In this document: positions 51,332-64,000 of the stretch, in pieces
Numbering within the stretch: position 1 is the stretch's first letter
Layout of the letters: each line of letters starts with the position of its first letter
Origin: Lytechinus pictus
Taxonomy: Eukaryota
Direction of reading: 5' to 3'
Length of the DNA stretch: 64,000 nt
Assembly: GCF_037042905.1 (NCBI RefSeq)
Contig: NC_087253.1
Coordinates: forward strand, 2,108,001-2,172,000
The notes under the pieces: model-generated
What the model saw: only the letters and a program-made list of their open reading frames with translations
What the model was told of the DNA's origin: nothing
Database searches by the model: none
Translations under genes and position numbers: made by a program

Positions 51332-51813
51332 ACACTTTATGAGTTCTATTAAAACAACTCGGATAAGCGAAATTATGAAATCGTGGTTACGTTGTATTAT
51401 GTCATTTTTTTTTTTTTGCTCTACTACATGAACTCATACACAATCATGTTTCATCTTGGTTTGAGAATTTTTAAATCGGCTGTTCGCTAGGCTAGCAAAG
51501 TGACCTGACACAGTGAACAGCACATCACTAGAGGTGTTCAAGTCAAAGATCGAACAGAGCTACCTACGATACGACTAAATATCACCGTGCCCTCTCTCAC
51601 CCGCTGCATTCATACCAATTGGTCCAGCAGTGTACACATCCAGATCCAGAGCAAATATCTTTAAGTTTTGTTAAACAGAGAGTAACATGACGACTCCGCC
51701 CATGGTTGAAAGTATCTTCAAAGTTTCAATCAGAGTCTTTGCCTGCAGACTACGTGAAACCGACTTCTGAGAATCTGACTGACCAATCGAGTCGGTATAT
51801 AGTGCAGCATTAA

Positions 51814-52417
51814 AGGACAAGTCCACCCCAACAAAAAGTTAATTTGAAAAAAGGAGAAAAATCCAACAAGCAAAACACTGAAAATCTCATCAAAATTGGA
51901 AGTAAAATAAGAAAGTTATGACATTTTAAAGTTTCGCTTAATTTCACAAAACAGTTATATGCACATCCTGGTCTGTATGCAAATTGGCAGACAGATGACG
52001 TCACCCACTCACTATTTATTTTGTTTTTTATTATATGAAATATGAAGTATTCTAATTTTCTCCTCCTTGTCAAGTGAAACAAAGTTTTATTTCTCCCTGA
52101 ATATGTGAAATTAACATTATTTTATAGGTTAATGGTTAAGTGAAATTGGTCCTTCATGTCAAATTTGAAAAAAATTGAAATATTGTATTATTCAAACAAT
52201 AAAAAACAAAATAAATAGTGAGTGATGGACATCATCGACTCTCTCATTTGCATAACACCGAGTTGTGCATTTAACTGTTTTTTGAAAAATAAGCGAAAAT
52301 TAAAAATGTCATAACTTTCTTATTTTATATCCGATTTTGATGAAGTTTGCAGCGTTATGTTTGTTTGATTTTTCTTTATCGATTCAAATCAACAAATTTC
52401 TGGGGTGGACTTGACCT
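51814..52417. mobile_element. Kolobok-like MITE, family A
   Basis: TTAA-AGGACAAGTCCACCCC...GGGGTGGACTTGACCT-TTAA. Confidence 0.9.
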
Positions 52418-52475
52418 TTAATTTGCAAATAAATTGCATAACCATAATTCCAGGGTCATTATTCCTGTCCTAGAT

Positions 52476-52624
52476 TAGTCTGCAGGCACAGACCCTGATT
52501 GAAACTTTGATCAGCAAGTGTGTCTCCACGCAAAGACTAGCACACTGGGCCTTCAGCACACATAGCATGAGTAGGCTGCACATACAGACCCTTAACTCGA
52601 GTGAAGGGTTTGGACAGCAGACAC
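52476..52624. mobile_element. Short non-autonomous DNA transposon, 9-bp TSD (AcademH-like)
   Basis: TSD GTCCTAGAT at 52467-52475 and 52625-52633. Termini TAGTCTGC...GCAGAC(AC). Confidence 0.8.
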
Positions 52625-53033
52625 GTCCTAGATAGACAAATTCAAAACACACTACGTTGTAGGCCAATTGTCCATTCATGGACGGTCCCTCAGTCAAAGA
52701 AAAGAATATAAGATCAAAGTTAGATCACATTTACCGATTTCTCATTGAACGCTATCGAGAATTTGTCAACGACCACTTATCCCGTCCCTCTGTAAATACT
52801 CAATCTTCTATGGGTCGGACGCCAAGTTCGTTACCACGGTGACGGTAATCCAAGAGTTGCAACCGATCACGCTCCACTAACAAGGGTTCTACTGTAGGTA
52901 AAGGTAGTATCAATCGTCGTTGAATCAAGAACGTGATATCCAATCCCATGAGAATTAATCACCGATCATGACTACTTGACAGTTTAAACATGGTCCATGG
53001 TTTAAAGTACAAAAGTTGGATTTACGTTGCTTG

Positions 53034-53193
53034 TGCTCCGTAACACAACGGTTTCCGATGATTTCAAAATATGAAAGAACCGCACTGATTGGTTCCCAGT
53101 CAGTATGCTAAAGAGAGCGCACATGCAACGATGATCTTGATTGGTCATTGGTATTTAGCGATTGATTGCAAACCTTCGTGTTACGGAGCCCTG
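53034..53193. mobile_element. Short MITE (GCTCCGTAACAC type); relative at 29499-29651
   Basis: GCTCCGTAACAC...GTGTTACGGAGC inverted termini. Confidence 0.7.
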
Positions 53194-53296
53194 GACTGAC
53201 CAATGTTCCGGTGTTAAGTTCATTTTCCTCAGAGAGAAGGTTCTTATGATCGAATAGAGGACCAAGGACTGTTCACAAATCTTGTCAAGTGCTCGC

Positions 53297-53338
<42 letters not shown>

Positions 53339-55401
53339 GGGGGGGGGGGGCATTTGCCCTATACGCCATGCCTGTGTCCCGTGACAAGTTTAGCTTTGCA
53401 TTTCTTCACAAGCAGTTACGGTTATGGTTAAATTACCATCAATTAAAAGTAGACCTGATTATAGGCCACTATGAATTAATAACGTTTAAGAGGACTGGGC
53501 AACGGAGACTGTCGAGTTTTCAGAGTGTCAAGCGGACCAAATAAATTGTAAATTGGCGCGAAAAAACTTGAAATTGATCAAACTTGACAGGAGTGTGAAA
53601 AGAGGGTAGGATTATGGGACGGGTCACATGAAGTAGCGTGACATCAGAGAAAGAGAGAAAGAGAGAGAGAGAGGGGGGGGGGGCGCAAGTGAAACAATTC
53701 GCATTTCGATTTTAAGCATATTCGACGATAAGTCACGAAAGCATTAAAGGTGGAGCGTTAGCACTATTTCATCACGGGGTTGGTAGAAGAGAACAACGGC
53801 TGACATTTGGTGACAGACACACAAAATCCACTCAGACAACATTACGATATTCACCCCTCCCCCTCCACCCCCCCACTGTCCGTTTTCTGTCAAACTGATA
53901 GGTCCCATAGGCATAATACACCCTCCCTGTTGCTCATTTAAAAATTACATATGAACAGATAATTAAAAAAAAATCAATTCGGACAAACTAAAGAAAAATT
54001 GAAAAAAATATCGTGTGGTGAATATATGGATATGTGTGTGCTGGGTATGGTGTGGGTTGTGTGTGAGTGTGTGAGATAGAAATGGACATAGAGCAAGGGA
54101 AGGGGTGGGGGGGGGGGGGCTTGTACACTGACTAATCCTCCCTTTTCCCCCAGGTCTATCCCTTTTCTGCTATGTCGACAAACGAATGGCCCCAAGTGGG
54201 TACATGTCATGAGCCCCATTTGCCATTATAAATCTTTTTTTTCAAATAAAGAAAACTCGAAAAAAGGCGCGCACACACAAGACGCCTACAAGGAGATGAG
54301 GGATAATTCAGGTAAGATAAAAACGCATTTTCTGTTAAAAAAACCTTTGGATTATCAGGCAATCTTGACATTGCGCGTTACTCTCGTTAAGGTTTTCCGT
54401 GATTTCCTGATTTGAAAAAAAAAAAAATTTAATGAATGTTTTATATTACGTCAGCAATTTCTTAATTAAGACCTTGGGCTTTATTCGTCGCTGCAACGAT
54501 AATCAAGAAGAGGACATTAGAAATTGTTTTCTTTTGGTCTGTTTGTATTCTACTATTTCAATATCACCCATACTCAAAACAGCAAAGTGTTTCATGTAAA
54601 TTTATGCCATCCAAATATTTTTCTTCAATTTTTAGGACAAGGATCCAAACTTTGAAACAATTTGTCCATCGCTAGGATTATTTCTAAACGGGATTTTCCT
54701 CAAATATTTGTTTTGAAAAAGAAAGTTGTGTATTGGGTCTAAATTAGATTCCCCATTATATAAGAAGATTTTAAAATAAAAGAAACAAAACAAAAACGAC
54801 ATGGCCAATGTGTGACTTTCAAGTTCACCACACGCCCCAAGCTGTAATCTCGGGCAAATAATGGGTTACGCCTTCTATCCATAGCCTGAGGTAAGGGACA
54901 TTTCATGGCACCCAAGACGTTGAATGAGAGGTACATGGTTACCATGACAACGGGAAAATGTTGATATAGATATTTGTCATGGATGTTAACAGTTTCAGGG
55001 ATTTATCAATCAGGGAGGTCATGGCTTTAAAAGACCTCCAACCGAGTCCGTCGAATTGAAATGTTTATCAAATATCACACAGGGCCAAACCGAACGTGTT
55101 AAATTCTAATGGGAAAGCAAATAATTTCCAATTGAAGATAAGCTTTTTACGAGATGGAGTAATGTATTTCTGATGCATATCTCAGTTTTATTTCATGCAA
55201 TGTAAACAATTCTATGTGGGGGTATCGTTACTAAACGTCGCCTAGTAAACTTAAAGATAGTAACAAACATTAAACACTGATTTAATATCCAAACTAGTTA
55301 CGACTGTTCCTATGCAAAGGTGCCCTGGGGCGTTGCCCTTATTTATTTATTCATTTATTTGTTATTATTATTTTTATTTTTGTTTGTCTGTGGGGGGAGG
55401 T

Positions 55402-55573
55402 TAGTCTGCAGGCACAGTCCCTGATTGGAACTTTGATCAATAAGTGTGCCTCCATGCAAAGACTAGCACATACAAAACTTGCTGTTCCAATACAGGAGCC
55501 TTCAGTACACAAGGCATGAGTAGGCTGCACATTCAGACCCTTAACTCGAGTGAAGGGTTTGCCCAGCAGACTA
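55402..55573. mobile_element. Second copy of the 9-bp-TSD AcademH-like element
   Basis: TSD GGGGGAGGT at 55393-55401 and 55574-55582. Perfect TIR TAGTCTGC...GCAGACTA. Confidence 0.85.
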
Positions 55574-55845
55574 GGGGGAGGTGTTGAATGAAACACATTT
55601 TTACCATCATTGCCACTGAATATCCTTTCATATCTGGTTGGTACATTATTTATCTTTATTAACGAATCGTTCACCTATTAAAAAACGCTGATTTATCTTT
55701 TCGTTCGTTCGCTTTTTCGCTTTTGTAAATATAATTTTGCGCTCTATAACTCAGTTACTCAAATATTTTGACTCATAACGGAAATTGAACATGAACTTAT
55801 TCTGAACAGATATTGTGTGTGAAGGCTGACCAATAAAAAACGGCT

Positions 55846-56224
55846 TATTTCCAACTGGTCTATATTAATATGCCAATTCGTCCAATTACAAACTACTCTC
55901 ATTTGGCCTACCCAACGTTCGTCCACTATCCACATGGTCTAATTTCCATTTCGTCTACTCACCATTTCGTCTAATAACCAGTTGGTCCAATGGCCATTTA
56001 GTCCATATACCATTTGGTATAATTGGACTAAGTGTTAATTGGGCGAAATGAATGAAAAAGAAAATGGATGAACGAAATTGTCATAGACGATCTGGTGACT
56101 AGACGAGGTGATTATTGGAGCAAATGGTTGATAGACAAAATTTTGATGGACGATGGCATTAGACTAGATTAAGGTAGACCATGTGATGAGTGGAGTTGGC
56201 AATAGACGAATCGGCAGTTTACCA
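55846..56224. mobile_element. Foldback-type element (homologue of 26360-26722)
   Basis: Same subrepeat arms in inverted arrangement. Confidence 0.75.
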
Positions 56225-56302
56225 AACAACACTAACATAGATGGTTATGTTTGCATTTGTGTGAACCCCCAGCTCCCCGGTTCTGCGGCCCCCCCGCATT
56301 AA

Positions 56303-56577
56303 AGGGATGGTACAGGATGGAGATATTTATATCTCAAAAAATTGAGTAAAATTCACAAAGCAAAATGCTGAAAATTTGATCAAAATCGGATAACAAATAA
56401 CGAGGTTATCGAGTTTAAAAGATTTGCATTATTCCAGTGAAACAGTTCTAGGCATGTCTTTATGAATATTCATTAGGTGGGCTGATGATGTCATGCCCCC
56501 ACTTGTTCTTTTGTATTTCATTATATGAAATGAGGTTTATTCAAAATATTCAAATATTTTCAGCCCGGACCATTCCT
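56303..56577. mobile_element. Internally deleted Kolobok-like MITE, family B
   Basis: TTAA-AGGGATGGTACAGG...CCCGGACCATTCCT-TTAA. Lacks most of the right arm present in the 10165 and 48521 copies. Confidence 0.85.
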
Positions 56578-59500
56578 TTAACTTTCATTTGTAAATCCCC
56601 ATTCCATTTACAATAATGTTTGAATAAGCAAATTAATGAAATTTAATCATTCTAAAGACACCATCAACAAAGCTGAAGATAAAATGTGTTCAACTCACCG
56701 TAGCTGAAGAGGGATTCCTTGAAAATTATCGCGTCGAATTCTCGTGATCAGCAACCATCCATTTCACTAGATGTTATGCTGAGAAAGTAATAAGGAGAAA
56801 AAAAACAAAGTCTTCTTCAAGAACTGTTCTTTTTTTTTCATCGGTGGACACCTGTTTGTATATCACCAGAACATTTAACTTCCTACAAAGTAGTTAATAG
56901 AAATAGGCTCACTGACGAGTTCGAAAGACACTGTGTATTCGCCAACCAGCGAAACTGCGTGTGGGACAGAACTGTTAGTGATTATGGTGATGGGATAGTA
57001 AACTGCTATTAAAACAACATGAGATAGTATCCTACATGCTAACGACCTCATGTCGTCAAAAGTTGGCAAGTTAGTAAGCTGGGTAGGGTATTCAACTTAT
57101 CGTGTATGGAAGAGTGGATGGATTTATACCGTACACACAGTTAGTCAGTGTTTACTATTTTGACAATGAGTTGTAGGGTCGTTGACACGTGGGTCATGAC
57201 AGTCGCATTAGAAACTGTTTTAACATCCAGAGGAAAAAAAATAAGACAACGACTTTCAATGACCCCCTCAGTGACACATCACGGACATTCGCCAACGACT
57301 TGTTTTATCAAAGATTTAGGGTTCGAATCAACGACATGGCAATCCATTAGACCCCATTTCTTTCTGCAAGACACCAAACCCAGAGTCGCCCCTCTTTAAA
57401 ACCAATTTATCAAATGCAACAATCTGACAATGAACACTTCAATGGACCCTGGTTATGATGCTGCTGAGAATGGTCGCGAGTGACGTAATGGCAACCCTTG
57501 TAGTAGTGAAGAGTGTCGGCACAACGGGAAGGAGGAGGGCATGATGGCACCCACCCGGCGCCCCTCCCCCGTTTAACCCGATGCCCACCAAGTGTTCCCT
57601 CGAAACTAAAAAAAAAATAATGAAGAAAAAAAAGAGTGCAATCTACCCTAATTGTATAATTAACCCCAACAGTTTTTTGGCCATCCACTTGCAACCCAAT
57701 TTGAATATCTTCATGTTGGTTCTGCCACCAATCAAGTGGTGAAGTGTTGTTGTAGCTGTTTTTCCACCAAGTATGTTCTAGAATTCTAAATGGTTCTTGA
57801 AGAGAACCTCGCCTTGTTCAAGATAAAAGACACTGACTTCAAAATATCTTGATGGCAGGATTATTCGTAGAGAATAAAGCGTTTCCAATAAACAAATGAT
57901 TTCACGAGTAAGTAAAAACATCCAATATCAATACAAGATATTCGCAGACCACACATGCTACACTTGTATGTGTGTTTTTATGAAAGACTTTTCATGGATA
58001 AGCATTGTTCATTGTGTATGAAGATTTGAAAAAGATGCCCTGCTAGCCAGGGTGCCGCATATGTACTAACTCAAACATGGAACTGAGAAATAGAGCAAAC
58101 AAAATTGACTTTCTTTGTAATGAGTTTACCTTCAAGGCATTAGGATTTAGGATAAATCTCAACAAACTTTTGAATAAGAAATAAGCCAGGATTCTCCAGA
58201 ATGCCTCAAGAAAAGGAATCACAATGTTGTTGACTTGTTAGTTTGAAAATTTGAAATTGTATGCATTGATGACTCATTTTTTAAGACCGCTTTACATGCA
58301 GCTTTGCAAAAATTATATTTAGGGGGAAAATAATTTAGGGAATGAAAACCTTTTATTTTGTTACATGCATATTGTCAGAAAAACGCGCCCACTTTCTATC
58401 TCGGCTCATTTCTCTCTTGTCTGTGACACAATGAATCTATTCCTCACTGGAAATGGGTCGATAACGATGTCTATGTAATAATAATGATGGTGATAATAAT
58501 TTAGAAGATGACGTTGACTGTAAATACTATGAACCAGCTATGGTGAAACCAAATGAGATCAAACTAAATCATTCAATGAATATCATGTGATGAATGGATG
58601 ACATGTGTATCGTGTGATGAACAAAAATACAAAATGGATACCATTTCAAAACATGAAGTAAGAACTTTACTTTCTCCACTTTACACGATTTACGAGAAAA
58701 AAAAAACGCGATTCTTGCCATGATTTCACGGAAGATCATTGACCGAATCAATATCACTTGTAACAATAAATAAAGAGAAACCTGTTTATTTCTAACAGTG
58801 TGTCATTCACATTGTAAATATATCATGCATTTGTAAACAAGATCCGGATTCTCCGAAATGTTTGAATCAGGTGAAAACTGATGGCATAGACTGTCGCGAC
58901 TAAGGGGGATTTAATGTGCCAATTGAAACTAAATAACGGGTTTAGGGCTGAAGAATAGAGAATACAAGTCAGTGTAATCTCCAAAAAGGGTCGTTAACCG
59001 TACAGATGTTGAAATGAGAATGTTAAACGGTGTTAAAAATTGGTTTTTCGTGAACTTTTAAGTGTTTTGTTTGTCTTATTTTATTTATTAAAATCACATA
59101 AGTTTCAGCCTGGATATAATATTCCACATAAAATTGAAAGGATGATACCGGTTCGCATTCTGGATGTTTACAAAGCACCCCCGTGACATATTGTGCTCTG
59201 TGTAGGTGGTAAAGCAGATGGGGGGAGGGGGATTCTTCAAAAGGAACAACGTTGATAAAAGTTATACGGTATCCCCAAAGAAAAGCTAATATGTCTGTTG
59301 CATTATGCTCAAACAACGTCACTAGACCTGTAACAGACGTCCGCAATCCTAGAATTTATCAAGATCAATAGGCAGATTATTCGGTTCCAAACGAATGTGA
59401 AAACATTGAATTGTAATGGTTATACAGACATCACTGCACTGTCACGCAAGCCTGGGGAAAATGGTGGTGTAAATATTTTGCAAATGCAGGCCTAGGCAGT

Positions 59501-59962
59501 AAATCAATACATTTTCTCAAGATTTTGACCATCAATCAACATAATCAGCCGATCAGATATATCCGAACGAATTGCTAGGGCTTGCATTACTTTCCCGCTT
59601 TGTCAAAACTAAATGCAACATTGTAACGTCACATATTTTGATAACGGGGTGGTTCGATTCTCCCGACTCCGCACTCGGTTTATAAGTTTTGTTTCTCTGG
59701 ATGATGATCGAATCACACTTTGGTAACTTCTTAAATTTAAGGTAGCTGGAATTCCCTGATATTCTTGTCTCAAAACCGATGCGAGGTAAGTTGAAGCAAG
59801 TATTGTTGTCCTACTTGCTCCGGTCTGAATTACCGTCGGGGCCAAAAAGGCCTAGGCATGATGATCAGGTACAATAGGGAATGAATGGAAATATCAATCA
59901 TCCATTTGTAAAACCGATTTATTACACAAAAGGGCATCAACACCGATCTGGATGCACGTCTC

Positions 59963-60143
59963 GGGGGCCGTTTCATAAAGCTGTTCGTAAGTTATGAGCG
60001 ACTTTAAGAACGACTGGTGAACCTTTCTTACACGCTAAATAATCACCTATGAACATAATGGTGAACATCATTTACCACAAGAAAAGTTCACCAGTCGTTC
60101 TTAAAGTCGCTCTTAACTTAGGAACAGCTTGATGAAACACCCA
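59963..60143. mobile_element. Short palindromic MITE (GGGGCCGTTTCATAAAG type); relatives near 14241-14369, 25404-25561, 26187-26310, 45450-45580
   Basis: Near-perfect inverted arms TTCATAAAGCTGTTCGTAAGTTA..GCGACTTTAAGAACGACTGGTGAAC and their complement. Confidence 0.85.
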
Positions 60144-60189
60144 CTCGGAATGAGCCCACTATCAGAGTGCACGGGTTTTGCCATGTTTA

Positions 60190-60415
60190 CACAGTAAAAA
60201 CGCTGTTTAAGATTTTATACAACGCTGTTTACTATATGAACCTTACAGTATTTGTTTAACCGTTTAAACAATCATGTTTAATTTATTTAAGATTAGATAT
60301 TGAAAATTAAACTTTGTTGCTTAAGATTTAAACACTGTCTTGTTTAAACTTTTTAAACAATAACTGTAAGGTTCATATACTAAACAGCGTTTTATAATTC
60401 TTTTTTTTTACTGTG
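60190..60415. mobile_element. Palindromic MITE with CAC...GTG termini and TA TSD
   Basis: TA-CACAGTAAAAACGCTGTTTA...TAAACAGCGTTT..TTACTGTG-TA. Confidence 0.85.
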
Positions 60416-63400
60416 TACCATGCTTTGTATTGATCTCATATAGTTGTTATCCTCATTTTTTCTCTAACTGCTGCTGGACGTCTTTATTTCAATCAAGAAG
60501 ATATCACTCTAACATCTCCTTGGTTCAGTATAATCATAATAAATTATCTCAATTACTGGGTAGAATTCCCCTTTAACATGTTCAATGTCTCTTGTGAATC
60601 AGAGCAATTGATATCACTCATCAGGCGACTAATTAGCCACATACAGTCACCTATACTTGAACTCATTCTCATTGTTCATGACGATATCTTTATAACGTTT
60701 CGTAGCTCTGACATTCTCTATGGAGGTTTAGATGAGGGGATGGGAGGGGGGGGGGGTACCTGGATCCCAAACATCATAATTCCTAACTCTACTGAACGCC
60801 GTAAATTGTTTTAGTATAGTATATTATTGCCTTGAATGTCCGATCGAATATCTTACTGAATCGGTAAGTATAAGTAAAAAAATGTGTATATTTTTATGTT
60901 TTTTTCATTAATATTCTTGTTATAATGTTTTATATTACTTCCTTTGTATTGTTACGTTGTTTGTTACAAGGGGCCCCTTTCACAAGCTCTGCTACTATGG
61001 GGTCCCAAACATTTCATGTTATATTCTTTTTGCCAACCTTTGTACTTTATTATATCGCCTAATTGTTAAGCCTATCTTTCGAAGTATGAATATGTTCAAG
61101 TGCATGAGAAAACATCCAGTACATCAGTCAACACGTAGGGAACTTGTACAATTAAAAAGTACTTTATTACATGTATTTATCAAGTTTGTATACGACCACT
61201 TTAGCCTGAGCATATACAGTCTCCCTTCTCTCCTTTCATTTCGGTCATAACATTAGATTGCATTTATGAGATTTATCCTCAATTGGACAGATGGGGTCAT
61301 GTAGAAGAATGGGGGTAAATTATAATCACAACATGTTTAACAGTCATTGTTGACATTGACCTCTTAAATCCTATTTATGTGTCATGACAACTTTCAAATC
61401 ACATTTCCAAGCATGAATCATTTTGCTTTGGGTCTATAGCCCATCTGCGCTACAGGTAAAGCAGCAGACGACCGCAATATTGATTCTATTTTTCAAGCAG
61501 TGGGGGGGGGGGGGGATAAACGAGGAAAATCAATAAATGAGAGATGAACAACAAGAAAGGATTTTATGTTTTTAATTTGTTTCCATGTTATGTCTACATT
61601 AGAAACAAAATTGTAGGCCGCCTAACCCACTCCCTCTGTGAAAATGCCCTGGCGCCGCCCACGGGCTGATCAGAATATTTTTATCACCTCTCTGATTTCT
61701 TTGGTTATGAAGTTCTTTGATAAAAAAATATTGTCTTAGTTATTTACAAGTCTAATTTATACCCTTTCCGTATCATTTCATTTCTTTTCTTTTCTCTTTA
61801 TCTTATTTGCATATTCTACCTTCTTCGGTAATATTCTTGAAAGGTCACAGGGGCGAAGGCTCCTTTCACCCAATTTTGGTAGCGCCACCCCCGCTCGGCC
61901 GCTCCACCCCAACCCGTAATAGAAGCTACTTTGCCATTCGACTTCTAGCCTCGTTCACGATGTAAAGCAAGAATTGACTATAAATAATAATCCTATTCCA
62001 TAATGAAGCCACCTGTCTTTTATTCCAATTGACGCACCGATCAATCATATCTCTTTGTGTGATTTCTCTTCTAGGTCTATTTTCCGTCAGGTGACGGGTC
62101 AATACATTGATTATCCACAAGCTGGAGAAATGGTTCCCATATTTGATCGGTGTACATCCCAATGGCACATTAACAGATTAATATCCTTAACCCGTCAACA
62201 GTCGTAATTCACATTTACTACTTCCAACATAGCTTATTAGATTGCGCTAAGGCAACATTTATTTTAAAAACATTGAATTAAAATAAAAACACTTCCGAGA
62301 CGATGAGTAAAGTATAAAATAAAATATGACGAGGACACCTCCACATGTCCACTGGATGAGCTCAGGATACCGTCTCAAAAATTATTCGTAAAGCGGGAAT
62401 TCTGTTACATTGCAAGTTCCACGCTATTTGTGTATTTTACACTTTATAATGTGATATTATATGAGGAGGATGAGAGGATAATTGTCAAAGAATTCAGGCA
62501 AGATATTGAGTTTATGAAACACGGTCTCATCGTCTTATCAGTTTTCAATATGCTCATGCGCAAAGTGAAAAGTCCTCCACTGTCTCTGTTGTTATGACAA
62601 CTTCCTAGTCTCAAACATCTGAACTTGCAAATGGTCATTGCTTTTTTCCTAATTGACCCTATAAAGCAGAAAAAGGTCACTGACATAGCTAGCGGTCAAT
62701 GACTGTCGTGGTACTCGAGAGATATGAACTGTTAGCATTCTGAAACTTGTCAACTTTGAGTCCATTCACTCTGATGAGGATTCGCAAGTGAAAGGTATTG
62801 ATATCGACCTTCTTTTCAAAAGAAATTGTGATGATTATCAGCAAGAGGGCAATTAGGTTGAAGAAAGGCAAACAAAAGTCGATTTTTATTGGAGATTAAA
62901 AGGAATAAGTAGCTTGTAAGTGGTTAGTTTGAGGGGAAAAAAGTATGCCCGCGAGGAGAAGGTTTAGGATTTCAGACAGCGATGAAGAATGGGCCTATCA
63001 ACTGAACAGGCATGGCAGGAGAAAAAATGAAGAAAACGAAATGAAATTATCGTATTCGTAAATTACGACAACAAAAAATCTATAATGATAATAATGATAA
63101 TTAAAGAAATATCATGAATTCTGTACTGAGGACAAATAAGACCCAAAATAATACTCTCCGTCATTCTTTCATTTATTAACAATTTAAGAATGATACAACA
63201 TACTCTGGCATACCATGTATACTTATGCAATACTGAAAGTTAAATGATGACGATATTGTTAAATGAACTAGTAAAAGGAGGCAATGAAGTCTATCAGAGA
63301 TGGTTACATAACTGTGATTAGAATGAGAACATGGTGAATATGTATTGTGTAAGCGAGAGAGGGAAGCTATACCGAGCTGAGCACAAATACAGTTTTTTTG

Positions 63401-64000
63401 TTATATTGAACTTGGAGGATCTGGTACACATTTAATCTTATTTAAAGTTTTATAATAATATGCAATAAAATTGATTCGTTCTACTGGGAGGGGGTAAAGT
63501 CCCTGCACAACCCCATTCCCCGCTGTGTACGAGCATGCTTGAAAAAATGACAAGTGAGAAAAGAACAGTGCATACATTGCAGGAGGGGCGAAATCAACCT
63601 CTGTGAGGCAATATTCTAATGGGCTTTCTCACTTTTGTATTATATTATCAGAATATTGGTTCTGGATGCGTGACAAACAAAGCAAACGGGGTATTTGTAC
63701 CTCCTTTCTGCATGGTTAAATACCTGGAGGAGTTTTATAGAGTAGCTTTGAGTTATAAGATTTGGAGTGTAATATGAGAAACCACTTGTAATTCTTGTAA
63801 AACCAGCAAGAGGACAAATCGGCTTCTTTCTGAACGAGCGCTCTCGAATTTCATCCGAAATATGTTTTTATAAGACCACTGCAGGGCAAAGAAACACGGG
63901 AGTATGATTTCAAACTTTATAGAAGTTTTTGAAAATATCAGGGACCCCTCCCCCTGATCATTTATATGAGGATGAAATATTTTCAGTATAGGCCTACAAT

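Noticed and set aside
62765-62815. Hammerhead-ribozyme-like CTGATGA...GAAA
   Set aside because: Only stem III can pair; stems I and II cannot form.
62444-62871. Short ORFs with a signal-like start and an LRR-like LPSLKHLNL on the plus strand
   Set aside because: Frequent stops, no consistent splice sites or recognisable family.

Overview
AT-rich, intron-containing animal genomic DNA. The repeat families (a Deu-domain SINE, TTAA-targeting palindromic MITEs, tRNA-head SINEs) look echinoderm/sea-urchin-like; that assignment is my inference. Four protein-coding genes can be assembled by hand from GT-AG splice sites with consistent phases. (1) A 201-aa secreted prepro-peptide (signal peptide, KR site, 63-aa C-terminal peptide ending in Gly) that I cannot assign to a known family (+, 2956-4017). 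(2) A 6-coding-exon gamma-butyrobetaine dioxygenase (BBOX1-like, +, 12878-20023). (3) A single-coding-exon N-terminal RASSF protein (RASSF9/10-like, -, 26920-28563). (4) A 149-aa divergent calmodulin-like gene (+, 29835-35328) lying antisense just upstream of, and possibly inside the first intron of, the RASSF gene. The rest is gene-poor and dense in non-autonomous DNA transposons, LINE 3' fragments and SINEs. These include a nested transposon stack, two 9-bp-TSD AcademH-like elements and a possible decayed TNFR-like pseudogene. The strongest novelty candidates are the orphan peptide-hormone precursor and the calmodulin paralogue with three Glu12->Asp EF-hands.
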